Assembly (NCBI GenBank): GCA_001792345.1 | Contig: MGGJ01000001.1 | Span: 153,710-217,709, forward strand | Origin: Candidatus Woesebacteria bacterium RIFCSPHIGHO2_01_FULL_39_32 | GTDB lineage: Bacteria; Patescibacteriota; Microgenomatia; UBA8517 | Direction: 5' to 3' | Length of the DNA stretch: 64,000 nt | Shown here: piece by piece, positions 49,252 through 58,715 of the stretch | Numbering within the stretch: the first letter of the stretch is position 1 | Layout of the letters: the number at the start of each line of letters is the position of its first letter | Notes under the pieces: generated by a model | Databases searched by the model: none | Told to the model about the DNA's origin: nothing | Seen by the model: the letters and a program-made list of their open reading frames with translations, nothing else | Translations under genes and position numbers: made by a program

Positions 49252-52200
49252 ATGAATAAAAAAATATTTATTTTACTTTTACTGTCCTCAGTATTGTTGA
49301 CTACAATTTTGTTTAAAGACAAGACCATATTAGGCGGAGGGGAATCGGGAGTTCCGTTTTATAACATCACAAGGATGTTTAAAGATAGTTCCAGTTCGTG
49401 GCTGGATGGACTTCTTGGAAGTTACATACCTCAATCTGTTGCCAATTATCCATACTTAAAAATTTTCAGCTTCCTCGAGGTACAAGGTATTAATGGGTAT
49501 GTTTTGCAAGCACTATTTACATTTATTGCACTTTTAATATCTCTCGTCTTTTTCTTCCTTCTTACAAAAGAAGTATTTTCAAATTATCCAAATAGCGCTT
49601 ATTTATTTTCATCCTTCTTCTATTTATTCAATTTCTACAGTGCAATGAATATTTGGAATAGATTCTTACTGAATTTTCTTCTTTTCTATTCGGTCCTACC
49701 TATGTTTTTGTGGCTTTACATGAGGTTTTTAAGGAGCAGGAACTTTGTATATTTAGGTTTATTCTTGATGCTTTCATTTATTTTTTCTTACGCCTTTTCG
49801 TCTCCTGGTCACATTATGATTTTCTGGTTTTTATTGTTATTCATTAGCTTATTTGAGTTGATGAAAGACAAAAAAAAGGTAGCTCAGGTTAAAAATTTTG
49901 TTATTACTTTAATGTTATGGCTTTTGGTTAATTTTTGGTGGATTTTACAGCAAGCCGCATATGCTATTTCGGAATCATTTAAGTCAATAAGTACGGAGTA
50001 TTTTTCTGACGTAGGAAATACTATTGGCTTCAGTTTTTTAAGTAATGTCTTGGGTAAATTTGAGAATCTATATCTTTTGAAACATGGTTTATTTTATAAC
50101 CAAGAATATGACTTTATTCTTAAATGGCCGCTTATTTACAAAAAACCACTGCTTTTGATCGTTGAGTGGATGGCGAGTCTTTATATACTTTACTGGGCTA
50201 TTAACAACAGAAAGAGATTGTCCGTCGTATTTAGTTTGGGCCTGTTACTTATTGGCTTCATACTGGCGAAAGGGAATTCCCCGCCTCTGGGAGAAGTATT
50301 TGACTTTTTTTTCCAGCGCTTTTCATTTGTACAGTTTTTTCGAAATCCATTTGAAAAATTGGGGATAATTCCGACGATGGGTTTCTCCCTGATGATTGGA
50401 CCATCGTTGTCCGATTTGGCCAAAAAGTTAAGCCGTCAAAAACCATTTTTGAGGGTTTTTATTCCACTAGTTTCGTTTACATATATAGTTGTTATTTTGG
50501 GTTTTCCTTTTTGGAGCGGCCTAGTATTTACTGGAAGCCAAGCGCCACTTAATGATCCTGAAGTAGGGCTGCGGGTGGAGGTACCATCTTATTATAAGGA
50601 TGCAGACAATTGGCTGTCTCTAGAGGACAAGGATACAAGATTTATGACATTTCCATTAGGTGGCGAAGGTATCCAATATCTTTGGCCAAAGGGTTATTTG
50701 GGAGTTGAGGAATCGGCGATTCTTTTCGAGAATGCTAATATTTCAAGTGTTTTGGCCTTTCCGTATTACGATAAAATTGCGTCAAATCTTCAAAAACTAT
50801 TTACAAAAAACATAGATTTTTACAAAATTGCCTCACTTCTAAATGCAAGATATTTACTTTTCAGGCCGGACATAGAATTTAAAAATTCAGGCATGAAAGA
50901 CCCCGCATATATAGATAATTTGTTCGAAGAAAGAGTCAGTAACGAAAAAGCAAATATTTCTTTTGCATCGCAGTTTGGTCCGCTAAAGTTTTATAAGTTA
51001 GATAATAAAGTTACTTTACCGAAGATTTATGCTGCTAATAATTACGTTAATGGAGGTTCTGGCGCCGACATTGAACAGTTTTTGCTCTCGGGCGCTGAAG
51101 TTGGGGATGTTATGTACAATTCCGGGTGGCCCGTGAGAAATAAACTCGATGCTAATACGTCTTTTTATGTTTCAAAGAATAAAGCCATATTTTATCTTCC
51201 AGGACCTCAATACCCGCTATTTGTTGATGCGCCTTACATTTTTCCTTATGTTTCACACTTACCAAGCTCACCGATATATTCGTTGTTGATCATTAAAGAA
51301 AATCTTCAAAGAAATTTATATTCAGATAAAGAAAGTAAGCTTAGATGGGATTTATTGACTTTAGGGAAACGACTAATTGAGGTCAGAAACGCTCTTTCGG
51401 CCGGAGACGAGAAAGGTGCTATTAAATCCCTACAAATTTACAGAAAAAATTTAGCTAGTGTTGTTTCCGACATAGATCTGGTTTCGAAATCGTTAAAAAA
51501 ACCCGGAGAGCAGGTTTGGAACGAAAAAATGCTTACAGAAATTTTTAGCAGTCATCTTTTTCTTTTTAACGATTTTGAAAAAAGTACATTAAATAGCGAT
51601 GGCAGTATTACGGACCTGAAAAAACAACTCTTATTATCCGTTTCCAAATTGAAAATATTACCATATTACTATCCAATAGTTAGCGAAGATTTTCCTTTAG
51701 AGAGCAGAGTAGTCTATGGAGTAGAAATAGACTCCTCGGGGGAATATGACGTAATTTTCCCAAAATCAATATTCTTTCCTGAATACTTTGGTATTAATCA
51801 ACGTATTAATATACAGATCGACGACGTAGTATATTCAACGCAAATAGGAATAGATAATAATAAGGTGTATTTTGGTAAATATTATTTATCGGAGGGCTAT
51901 CATGAAATTTCTTTCAACCAGTTTTCGAAAATAAATTTAATCGACGAAAATTTAACTAGCTTTGAATTAAATTCTATCCATGGCGAAGACTCTATAAATA
52001 TCCCAATAAAAACTTACGATGCATATTCTCAATACGAAATATCATTTGACTACCTCATTCATTACGGGAATGGCCCAGTCCTACAGGTGAGTTTAAATAA
52101 CGATAAGATTATCAAGAAAGATGGAGTTGAGACAGAACAGTATTATTTTGAAAAGTATCTTCCCCCTGATGATTATTATTTTATAAAAAGACCTTATTCG

Positions 52201-52788
52201 ACTGTTGTTAATCCAGACCCGTCATCCGACACGATGACACTAATATTTAGCGCAATCCCTTGGAATAATTGTACAAAGATTTTTTACAAAAACCCAAAGA
52301 AATGTAGCGATGTTTCGATAAGTAAGACCTATGAAAGACCAACAAAGGTGGAAATTACAAATCTGCAAATCCACCCCAGATTTTCAAGAGAACTTTTTGT
52401 ACTAAGAGTCGATGCGGTAGATGAAAAAGTATCACCAAAAATTTCTTTTACTAAAAAGAGTCACACTCATTATAAAGTGGAGGTTCGTGATTCGGAGAAG
52501 CCCTTTGTTTTGGTCTTTTCTGAATTATTTGACAAGGGATGGAAACTTTACCTAAATGGCGATAGTAAGCGGTATCCCGAGAATAACCATTTTTTGGCCA
52601 ATAGTTATGCAAACGGTTGGTTAATAGAAAATGAGGGAGACTTTAATTTGGAACTTAAATTTGTGCCCGATAAATTTAAAGAAATGGGATTGTATTTATC
52701 CTTTTTCGTACTTGGGCTGATTTTTCTTATTACGCTGTTATTGTCCGTTAATGTTTTTTTGTCTAAAAGATTTAATAAAGGATTATGA
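49252..52788 (+). CDS. giant polytopic membrane protein, GT-C-like (paralog B)
   Basis: The ORF-track start of 49165 overlaps the upstream gene; Met30 (MNKKIFILLLL) at 49252 fits a signal/TM start. ~1180 aa. Motifs LGGGESGVPFYN, KGNSPPLGE, FRNPFEKLGI. C-terminal TM. Confidence 0.5.
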   Translation: MNKKIFILLLLSSVLLTTILFKDKTILGGGESGVPFYNITRMFKDSSSSWLDGLLGSYIPQSVANYPYLKIFSFLEVQGINGYVLQALFTFIALLISLVFFFLLTKEVFSNYPNSAYLFSSFFYLFNFYSAMNIWNRFLLNFLLFYSVLPMFLWLYMRFLRSRNFVYLGLFLMLSFIFSYAFSSPGHIMIFWFLLLFISLFELMKDKKKVAQVKNFVITLMLWLLVNFWWILQQAAYAISESFKSISTEYFSDVGNTIGFSFLSNVLGKFENLYLLKHGLFYNQEYDFILKWPLIYKKPLLLIVEWMASLYILYWAINNRKRLSVVFSLGLLLIGFILAKGNSPPLGEVFDFFFQRFSFVQFFRNPFEKLGIIPTMGFSLMIGPSLSDLAKKLSRQKPFLRVFIPLVSFTYIVVILGFPFWSGLVFTGSQAPLNDPEVGLRVEVPSYYKDADNWLSLEDKDTRFMTFPLGGEGIQYLWPKGYLGVEESAILFENANISSVLAFPYYDKIASNLQKLFTKNIDFYKIASLLNARYLLFRPDIEFKNSGMKDPAYIDNLFEERVSNEKANISFASQFGPLKFYKLDNKVTLPKIYAANNYVNGGSGADIEQFLLSGAEVGDVMYNSGWPVRNKLDANTSFYVSKNKAIFYLPGPQYPLFVDAPYIFPYVSHLPSSPIYSLLIIKENLQRNLYSDKESKLRWDLLTLGKRLIEVRNALSAGDEKGAIKSLQIYRKNLASVVSDIDLVSKSLKKPGEQVWNEKMLTEIFSSHLFLFNDFEKSTLNSDGSITDLKKQLLLSVSKLKILPYYYPIVSEDFPLESRVVYGVEIDSSGEYDVIFPKSIFFPEYFGINQRINIQIDDVVYSTQIGIDNNKVYFGKYYLSEGYHEISFNQFSKINLIDENLTSFELNSIHGEDSINIPIKTYDAYSQYEISFDYLIHYGNGPVLQVSLNNDKIIKKDGVETEQYYFEKYLPPDDYYFIKRPYSTVVNPDPSSDTMTLIFSAIPWNNCTKIFYKNPKKCSDVSISKTYERPTKVEITNLQIHPRFSRELFVLRVDAVDEKVSPKISFTKKSHTHYKVEVRDSEKPFVLVFSELFDKGWKLYLNGDSKRYPENNHFLANSYANGWLIENEGDFNLELKFVPDKFKEMGLYLSFFVLGLIFLITLLLSVNVFLSKRFNKGL

Positions 52789-53132
52789 AAAAAATACGTA
52801 GTTATAGATATCCCATTTTTATTTTTTCATTGTTTGTCCTAACTGTCCTTAATATAATAAAAATAGTTGCGCGATCAAGGTTTGCTGTAAATATATTTCC
52901 TAACCTACATTACTGGTTATGGACGATTATTCTAATAGAAGCTGTTTTTGTTTTTAACATTAAGATCAAAAATGTTTTAAAAATAGCTCTTGCTTTAACA
53001 GTAGTCGGGGGAGCTTTATCTATTTTTAGAATTGTTATTGCTGAAAATGTACTAAAATTCGGTTTTATATTGTGGATAGTGGGTTATCTTTTTAATCTTA
53101 TTGAGATTGTTAGAAAAAATGAAATTAATTAA
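52785..53132 (+). CDS. small membrane protein
   Basis: 115 aa with 3-4 TM helices. Translationally coupled. Confidence 0.35.
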   Translation: MKKIRSYRYPIFIFSLFVLTVLNIIKIVARSRFAVNIFPNLHYWLWTIILIEAVFVFNIKIKNVLKIALALTVVGGALSIFRIVIAENVLKFGFILWIVGYLFNLIEIVRKNEIN

Positions 53133-53289
53133 TAGTACCTCCTTTTTTCTTACGTTTTTATTATCACTGATCTTATCACTTGTATCTTTTCTAACGTATC
53201 ATCCCAGAATGAGCGAGTGGATGCTTAATACTAGCTTCACGTTTATCGTTATTGGAACGTTATTCTACTTTCGGGATCTCAAAAAATGA
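53119..53289 (+). CDS. small membrane peptide (possible)
   Basis: 57 aa from internal Met (MKLINSTSFFLTF...) with two hydrophobic helices. Short, low confidence. Confidence 0.2.
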   Translation: MKLINSTSFFLTFLLSLILSLVSFLTYHPRMSEWMLNTSFTFIVIGTLFYFRDLKK

Positions 53290-56090
53290 AAATTCACAGA
53301 ACCGGCCTTTTTTTAATATTAATCATTATTTATAGTAGACTTTTTTCAACCTTTGCTAACGTAGCGAATGATCTTCACTTCGCGTTTTTAGAAAATTTGA
53401 AGGAACAGCTAACTTTACCGATGTCTTGGAGTGCGAGAGGCGCAGTCGGTCTTGGCGAATATGCAGTGTTTGTTCTTTGGAACTGGCCATTAAATTATTT
53501 ATTCGGAGTATTAGGTGGCTTAGGTTTACCCTATACACTTCTGATCAAATGTTTAGGTTTTGGGTTATTTATAATCGTTGCAGTTTGGTCAATTTCGAGA
53601 ATATTAGAATATTTAAATATTTCTGAGTTCGGGAGACTTATTGGCATCCTGTTTTATCTGTCAAATAGTTATATCTTACTTCTTTTGGATGGAGGACAGT
53701 TAAATCTTGCTTTAGCCTACTCGCTTTTACCTCTGACATTTCTTTTATATAAAAAGGGAGAGGAGACAAAATCTTTGAAGGGATCAATATTATTTGCTAT
53801 TTCAACGATTGTTCTTTCAATTTTTGACATTAGAATACTTTATTTGTTAGCACTTTTAATTTTTCTTAATTTTTTGGTTACATTGTTTCTTAAACCAAAT
53901 TCAATTAAAGACATAATAGGTTCTAATTTGAAAATGGCGTTATTGTCGGGAGCAATATTTGTTGGATTCCATGCATATTGGATCATACCTTCTTTATTTG
54001 CAAGAGCTCCAAGTTTGCCGACTAGTTATGGGAGGGTATTTCAAGTAGATTTATTAAGTTTTGCATCATTGGGACATTCTTTGACTCTTTTACAACCACA
54101 CTGGTACAGGAATGTTTTTGGGAAAATTACCGAATTAAAGCTCGAATTTATGTTGATTCCTCTGTTGGTTCTTCTCGCGCCCATATTCAGACGAAAAGAC
54201 AAAAATATAGCCTTTTGGCTTATCGTATTAGTTGTAGGTATATTCATGATAAAAGGAGCAAACCCGCCCCTACCCCAAGTCTATCCGTGGCTTTTTACTC
54301 ATATGCCGGGTCTTTCGTTTTTTCGCGACCCCACTAAGTTTTTCTTTTTGGTTGCACTTTCTTATTCTGTTTTAATAGGGATAACAGTAGACGAGGTTAG
54401 TCAAAGATTATCTATATTAAAGATAAAGAGCGGATTTCTTAAATCTTATATCCTAAATCCTAAAACATTTGTGTTTCTTCTTGCTGTCTACTTCTTACTA
54501 CTTGTCCGACCTATTTGGCTTGGCCAAATGACTGGGACTTTTTCTCCTCCAATTTATCAGAACGAATATGAAGAGATAAATTCCTTAGTCGAGAAAGACT
54601 CTTCGTTTGGCAGAGTATTTTGGATTCCGACAAAAGCACCCTTAGGATATTCTTCATTTAAACACCCATCGGTTGAAGCTTCAAGGTTAGTTGAAAAGCG
54701 ACCATTCGCAATTGGAACGGTCGGAACTTACGAAATTTTTAATTATTTACGAGAAGCACCTTTTATGGGTGAACTTTTTGATGTTGCAGGAATTCGCTAC
54801 ATTGTATATCCATACCCGGATACAAGACGTGAGGAGTTAAAACAAGACAATATTGATTATTACTATGCATTTTTGGATCAGTTATCAAATCTTCCTTGGG
54901 TTGAAAGTCGAGTTTCCGATCCGCCCGTGCCTTTATTAAAGGTTAAAGAAGCCCAGGACCATTTCTTTATTACAAACAATACCTATCTTGTTATCGGTTC
55001 GGATAAAATTTATAACGATTTAGCTAGGATTGAAGGGTTTAAGTTGTCGAATAATGCCTTGATTTTCGCTGAGGAACAACCTGCAGTAGGGAATACGTGC
55101 AAGGACCGTCCCTGCACGGTAATTTTGTATGACAAAAATGAAATCGATTACGCGGCTACCTTTATAGATAAAAGTAATTTTATTTTTCCCGCGGGTCAGT
55201 TGGAATTCAGTCCTTCGGCGAACTCAGGATCTTCGGGCTGGTGGAAAAGAGAAACACTAGATCTTTTATGGTGGCGCAATTTTTTGCAGGAAAAATATGG
55301 AATTGATAATCAGGATTTTGATTTTGGTGGCGGTTGGGCTGTCGCCGAAGGCGACAAACAATTGACGATTAACGATAAGAAATTTACAAAAGATAATAAA
55401 CTTCTTGCGAGATTAATGTTAAGTAATCGTGGAGGTAGGATGAATTTTTTTCAGGGTGACCAAGAGGTTGGAGAGATTGATACGAGAATAGAGGAACCGG
55501 AAAAAGTCGAAATTAAACTGACCGGTTACGCCGAGATTCCTGATCAAATTTTTGAGTACGACGAGTCAGAGGTCAGATGGTTTGAAATAGGCAATTTGGT
55601 GTCGGATCAACACATAACCATAAAAGCCGAAGGCGAAATTAATGTTGTTAATTCATTGGTTTCGTTACCCCAAGCCGAGTTTGACCGTCTCCGTAGTTTA
55701 GTCTACAAAGACAATATAATTCATTGGGAAAGTCTCGGAAATGATGCGAAAAACGAGTTAGTTAGAGTTGAGTCTTCGCCCCAGGTTAGCTATCAGCGAA
55801 TAAACCCTACACACTATAAAGTAAGTATCGAGAAAATTGCGTCTCCGGTTACCCTGGCGTTTTCAGAAACTTACGATCCTTTATGGGAAATTACAAATAT
55901 TGAAACCGGCCAAAAAAACACGTCATATCCACTTTACAGTTTAATCAATGGTTTTTATGTCGACAAAGACGGCGAGTATGAAATTTACTTCTCCCCCCAA
56001 AAATATGTTTATCCCGGCCTGGCTATAAGCGGAATGACGGTTTTTGGCATTATCGCATTGCTTTACTACTCCAGGAAAAGGCAACAATAA
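53286..56090 (+). CDS. giant polytopic membrane protein, GT-C-like (paralog C, more divergent)
   Basis: 934 aa. Shares KGANPPLPQ and FRDPTKFFF with paralogs A/B. N-terminal multi-TM, a large soluble domain, and a C-terminal TM (GMTVFGIIALLYY). Confidence 0.5.
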   Translation: MKIHRTGLFLILIIIYSRLFSTFANVANDLHFAFLENLKEQLTLPMSWSARGAVGLGEYAVFVLWNWPLNYLFGVLGGLGLPYTLLIKCLGFGLFIIVAVWSISRILEYLNISEFGRLIGILFYLSNSYILLLLDGGQLNLALAYSLLPLTFLLYKKGEETKSLKGSILFAISTIVLSIFDIRILYLLALLIFLNFLVTLFLKPNSIKDIIGSNLKMALLSGAIFVGFHAYWIIPSLFARAPSLPTSYGRVFQVDLLSFASLGHSLTLLQPHWYRNVFGKITELKLEFMLIPLLVLLAPIFRRKDKNIAFWLIVLVVGIFMIKGANPPLPQVYPWLFTHMPGLSFFRDPTKFFFLVALSYSVLIGITVDEVSQRLSILKIKSGFLKSYILNPKTFVFLLAVYFLLLVRPIWLGQMTGTFSPPIYQNEYEEINSLVEKDSSFGRVFWIPTKAPLGYSSFKHPSVEASRLVEKRPFAIGTVGTYEIFNYLREAPFMGELFDVAGIRYIVYPYPDTRREELKQDNIDYYYAFLDQLSNLPWVESRVSDPPVPLLKVKEAQDHFFITNNTYLVIGSDKIYNDLARIEGFKLSNNALIFAEEQPAVGNTCKDRPCTVILYDKNEIDYAATFIDKSNFIFPAGQLEFSPSANSGSSGWWKRETLDLLWWRNFLQEKYGIDNQDFDFGGGWAVAEGDKQLTINDKKFTKDNKLLARLMLSNRGGRMNFFQGDQEVGEIDTRIEEPEKVEIKLTGYAEIPDQIFEYDESEVRWFEIGNLVSDQHITIKAEGEINVVNSLVSLPQAEFDRLRSLVYKDNIIHWESLGNDAKNELVRVESSPQVSYQRINPTHYKVSIEKIASPVTLAFSETYDPLWEITNIETGQKNTSYPLYSLINGFYVDKDGEYEIYFSPQKYVYPGLAISGMTVFGIIALLYYSRKRQQ

Positions 56091-56113
56091 AAAGGGTATA
56101 ATTTTGGGTAGAT

Positions 56114-57415
56114 ATGAAAAATATCGTTTCCCGCTTGCCATTTTACTCTTACTTCGACGAAATAATTTCAACTTCAACCTTTAGGCACTCATCAATTACT
56201 TTGATTGGTACGGTTTTAACAGGTGCCCTCGGCGCGGTTTTTTACATCTTGACCGCCAGATTTTTGGGACCGTCGCTTTTTGGCCTTCTAAACGTTGCAA
56301 TTGTTACTCAGACACTTATTACCGACATCGGCGACCTAGGGACGGACACGGGCTTAGTCAACTTTGTCTCCCGCTATATCAAGATAGATATAAAAAAGAC
56401 ATACAGATTTTTGAAGCTTGCCTTTGAGATTAAACTGATTGTCTACGTACTCACTTTGACTATTGGATTGGCTTCTGCAAGTTTTATTGCCCGAGAAATG
56501 CTCGACCTACCCCAAGTAGAACAACCGTTAAAGATTGCGATTGTGGGTGTTGGAGCAATTTCTCTCTTTGGGTTTATTACCCGCACTTTCCAAGCCCAGC
56601 AACGATTCTGGGCCTGGAGTGGAATTCAGGTAGGCATAAATACCCTACGCATTGTTTTTATCGGCCTTCTGACTCTTCTGGGTTATTTAACTTTGGAGAA
56701 TACTCTTTGGGTTTACATCGCCATGCCACTCCTTGGCTTTGCCATTGGTTTACTGCTAATTTCACCTAAATTTTTGAAAGCAAAAAAAGAATTTACCGTC
56801 GCGAGGGAATTTTTTGGTTACAACAAATGGGTTGCCGCATTTACCATTTTGGCAGCAATCAGTTCGCGCTTAGATACCTTTATTTCGGCCAGGCTTTTGA
56901 GCTCTGTCGACCTTGGTCTTTATTCTGCCGCAAATCAAATGGTAAAGTTGGTTCCGATGATCGTAGCGGCAATGGGCACAGTAATTGCACCGAAAATGGC
57001 CGGGATCGATTCGGTTGAGAAATTAATAACTTACATAAAAAAGACCCAGGTGATGGTAATTGCAGTCGCTGTTGTAGGTCTTTCTTTATCACCTCTGGCA
57101 ATTTGGTTAATACCTTTATTATTGGGCGGGGAATATGTGGGTGCGGGACCAATTTTCCTGATACTGTTAACTGCGATGCTTAGCTTTTTAATTTCAGTAC
57201 CTACCCATATGGCTATTATCTATTATTATTCAAAACCATCTTTTTTCTTTTGGTTATCAATAGTTCATCTTTTAATAATTGCTATTTTGGGTTGGTTTTT
57301 AACTTCAAAGTATGGAACAATAGGAGCTGCAACTACAGTACTTCTAGGACAAGTAGTGAATTTTGTAATTCCTCTTCTGTGGGTTTTGAGGAAGATAAAT
57401 CAGACAAAAGCCTAA
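56114..57415 (+). CDS. Wzx-like flippase / polysaccharide biosynthesis protein (MOP superfamily)
   Basis: 433 aa with ~12-14 TM helices, the typical flippase architecture. Confidence 0.55.
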   Translation: MKNIVSRLPFYSYFDEIISTSTFRHSSITLIGTVLTGALGAVFYILTARFLGPSLFGLLNVAIVTQTLITDIGDLGTDTGLVNFVSRYIKIDIKKTYRFLKLAFEIKLIVYVLTLTIGLASASFIAREMLDLPQVEQPLKIAIVGVGAISLFGFITRTFQAQQRFWAWSGIQVGINTLRIVFIGLLTLLGYLTLENTLWVYIAMPLLGFAIGLLLISPKFLKAKKEFTVAREFFGYNKWVAAFTILAAISSRLDTFISARLLSSVDLGLYSAANQMVKLVPMIVAAMGTVIAPKMAGIDSVEKLITYIKKTQVMVIAVAVVGLSLSPLAIWLIPLLLGGEYVGAGPIFLILLTAMLSFLISVPTHMAIIYYYSKPSFFFWLSIVHLLIIAILGWFLTSKYGTIGAATTVLLGQVVNFVIPLLWVLRKINQTKA

Positions 57416-57416
57416 A

Positions 57417-58715
57417 ATGAAGAGACTTGCATTAATATTCCTTGGGATAGTATCTTTCACCCTACGTTTTTATAAACTAGGCGTTATACCGAAAGGAATA
57501 AGTATGGAGGAAGCATCTTTCGGTTTATCGATCGCCAAGTTTTTTGGAGATGAGATTCTTAACCCCTTTTTTGTTCGATTGCCATTCGCAATTTTAGGAA
57601 TCTTGAGCGTTTTTGTTTTCTATTCTTTGCTTTGCCGATTTGGAGAATCTTTTAAATTTTCTTATTTATCAAGTTTATTACTAACTCTTACTCCTTGGCA
57701 TATACAAGAAAGTAGAATTGTTTCGAAGGGTATTTTGCTGACCTTTATACTTATTTTGTTAGCTCTTATTTTTTCAAAACAATTAAAATCGCGGACAAAA
57801 TTATTAACTTATTCCGCTTTTCTACTTTCAACTTTACTTTTCGTAGCAACTCTTTTAATTTCTCTCCCTAAAGTTAGTGATGCAGTTGATATAGAAAGAC
57901 AAGAGGCAGCAAATGTTATATCTGTTAAGATGTCTAGAGTCTTTTCAAATAAAGCAGTTGAATCTTATAGAAAAAATGTTTTTACAATATATGAACATCT
58001 TGATTATGGAGTTTATTTTTTTAATGGACATCCCCGACAAAGGTGGGGAGTGGAAGAAACACAAAAGCTTTTTATTTCCTTTATCCCATTAATAATAATT
58101 GGAATAATAAAATTGAGGAATAACAAAGGACTTCTTTTGGGAGTATTATTTATTTTTTTAGTAACGCTTTTTACATTTTTGGAATATCGCGATCCATCGG
58201 AAACTCTACCTTTGGTTTTTATTTTCGTTTTCTTTTCAGCGAGTGGCTTAACTTATTTATTAAACAAAAAAGAAAATCTAAAAGTTTTTTATATTCTACT
58301 TTTAATATTAGGGTACGAGTTTTTTAATTTTAACGTCATATATTTTTTAGGATTGTCTGAATCGACTTTTTCTCCAAGAAGACCCGTATATGAAGACCTC
58401 GTAAAAAATGTAAATCACGTTCGTAGAAACGATGAAAAAGTTTTGGTAAATGAAAGACTATTAAAACCTAAAATATTCTTTCAATTTTATTTAAAAGATC
58501 CTGCTCCAAATGATTTTGAATTTAGAAATTATAACGTATGGAATGAGGATGATAAAAATGTTTTATTTGTCGATGTGTTACCCTTCGAGCCTTCACCTAC
58601 CGAGTCTCTTTATACAAAGGAAGGAAACTTTCCTGAAAAACTTACTTTTTTGTATGAGATAAACGACGAACAATTAAAACAAACAGTTTTTATATATAGA
58701 TATGACAAGAATTAA
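57417..58715 (+). CDS. PMT/ArnT-like (GT39/GT83-type) membrane glycosyltransferase, tandem paralog 1
   Basis: N-terminal LRFYKLGVIPKGISMEEASFG...FFVRLPFAILG resembles the dolichyl/undecaprenyl-phosphate-sugar GT-C N-terminus. 432 aa. Confidence 0.45.
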   Translation: MKRLALIFLGIVSFTLRFYKLGVIPKGISMEEASFGLSIAKFFGDEILNPFFVRLPFAILGILSVFVFYSLLCRFGESFKFSYLSSLLLTLTPWHIQESRIVSKGILLTFILILLALIFSKQLKSRTKLLTYSAFLLSTLLFVATLLISLPKVSDAVDIERQEAANVISVKMSRVFSNKAVESYRKNVFTIYEHLDYGVYFFNGHPRQRWGVEETQKLFISFIPLIIIGIIKLRNNKGLLLGVLFIFLVTLFTFLEYRDPSETLPLVFIFVFFSASGLTYLLNKKENLKVFYILLLILGYEFFNFNVIYFLGLSESTFSPRRPVYEDLVKNVNHVRRNDEKVLVNERLLKPKIFFQFYLKDPAPNDFEFRNYNVWNEDDKNVLFVDVLPFEPSPTESLYTKEGNFPEKLTFLYEINDEQLKQTVFIYRYDKN

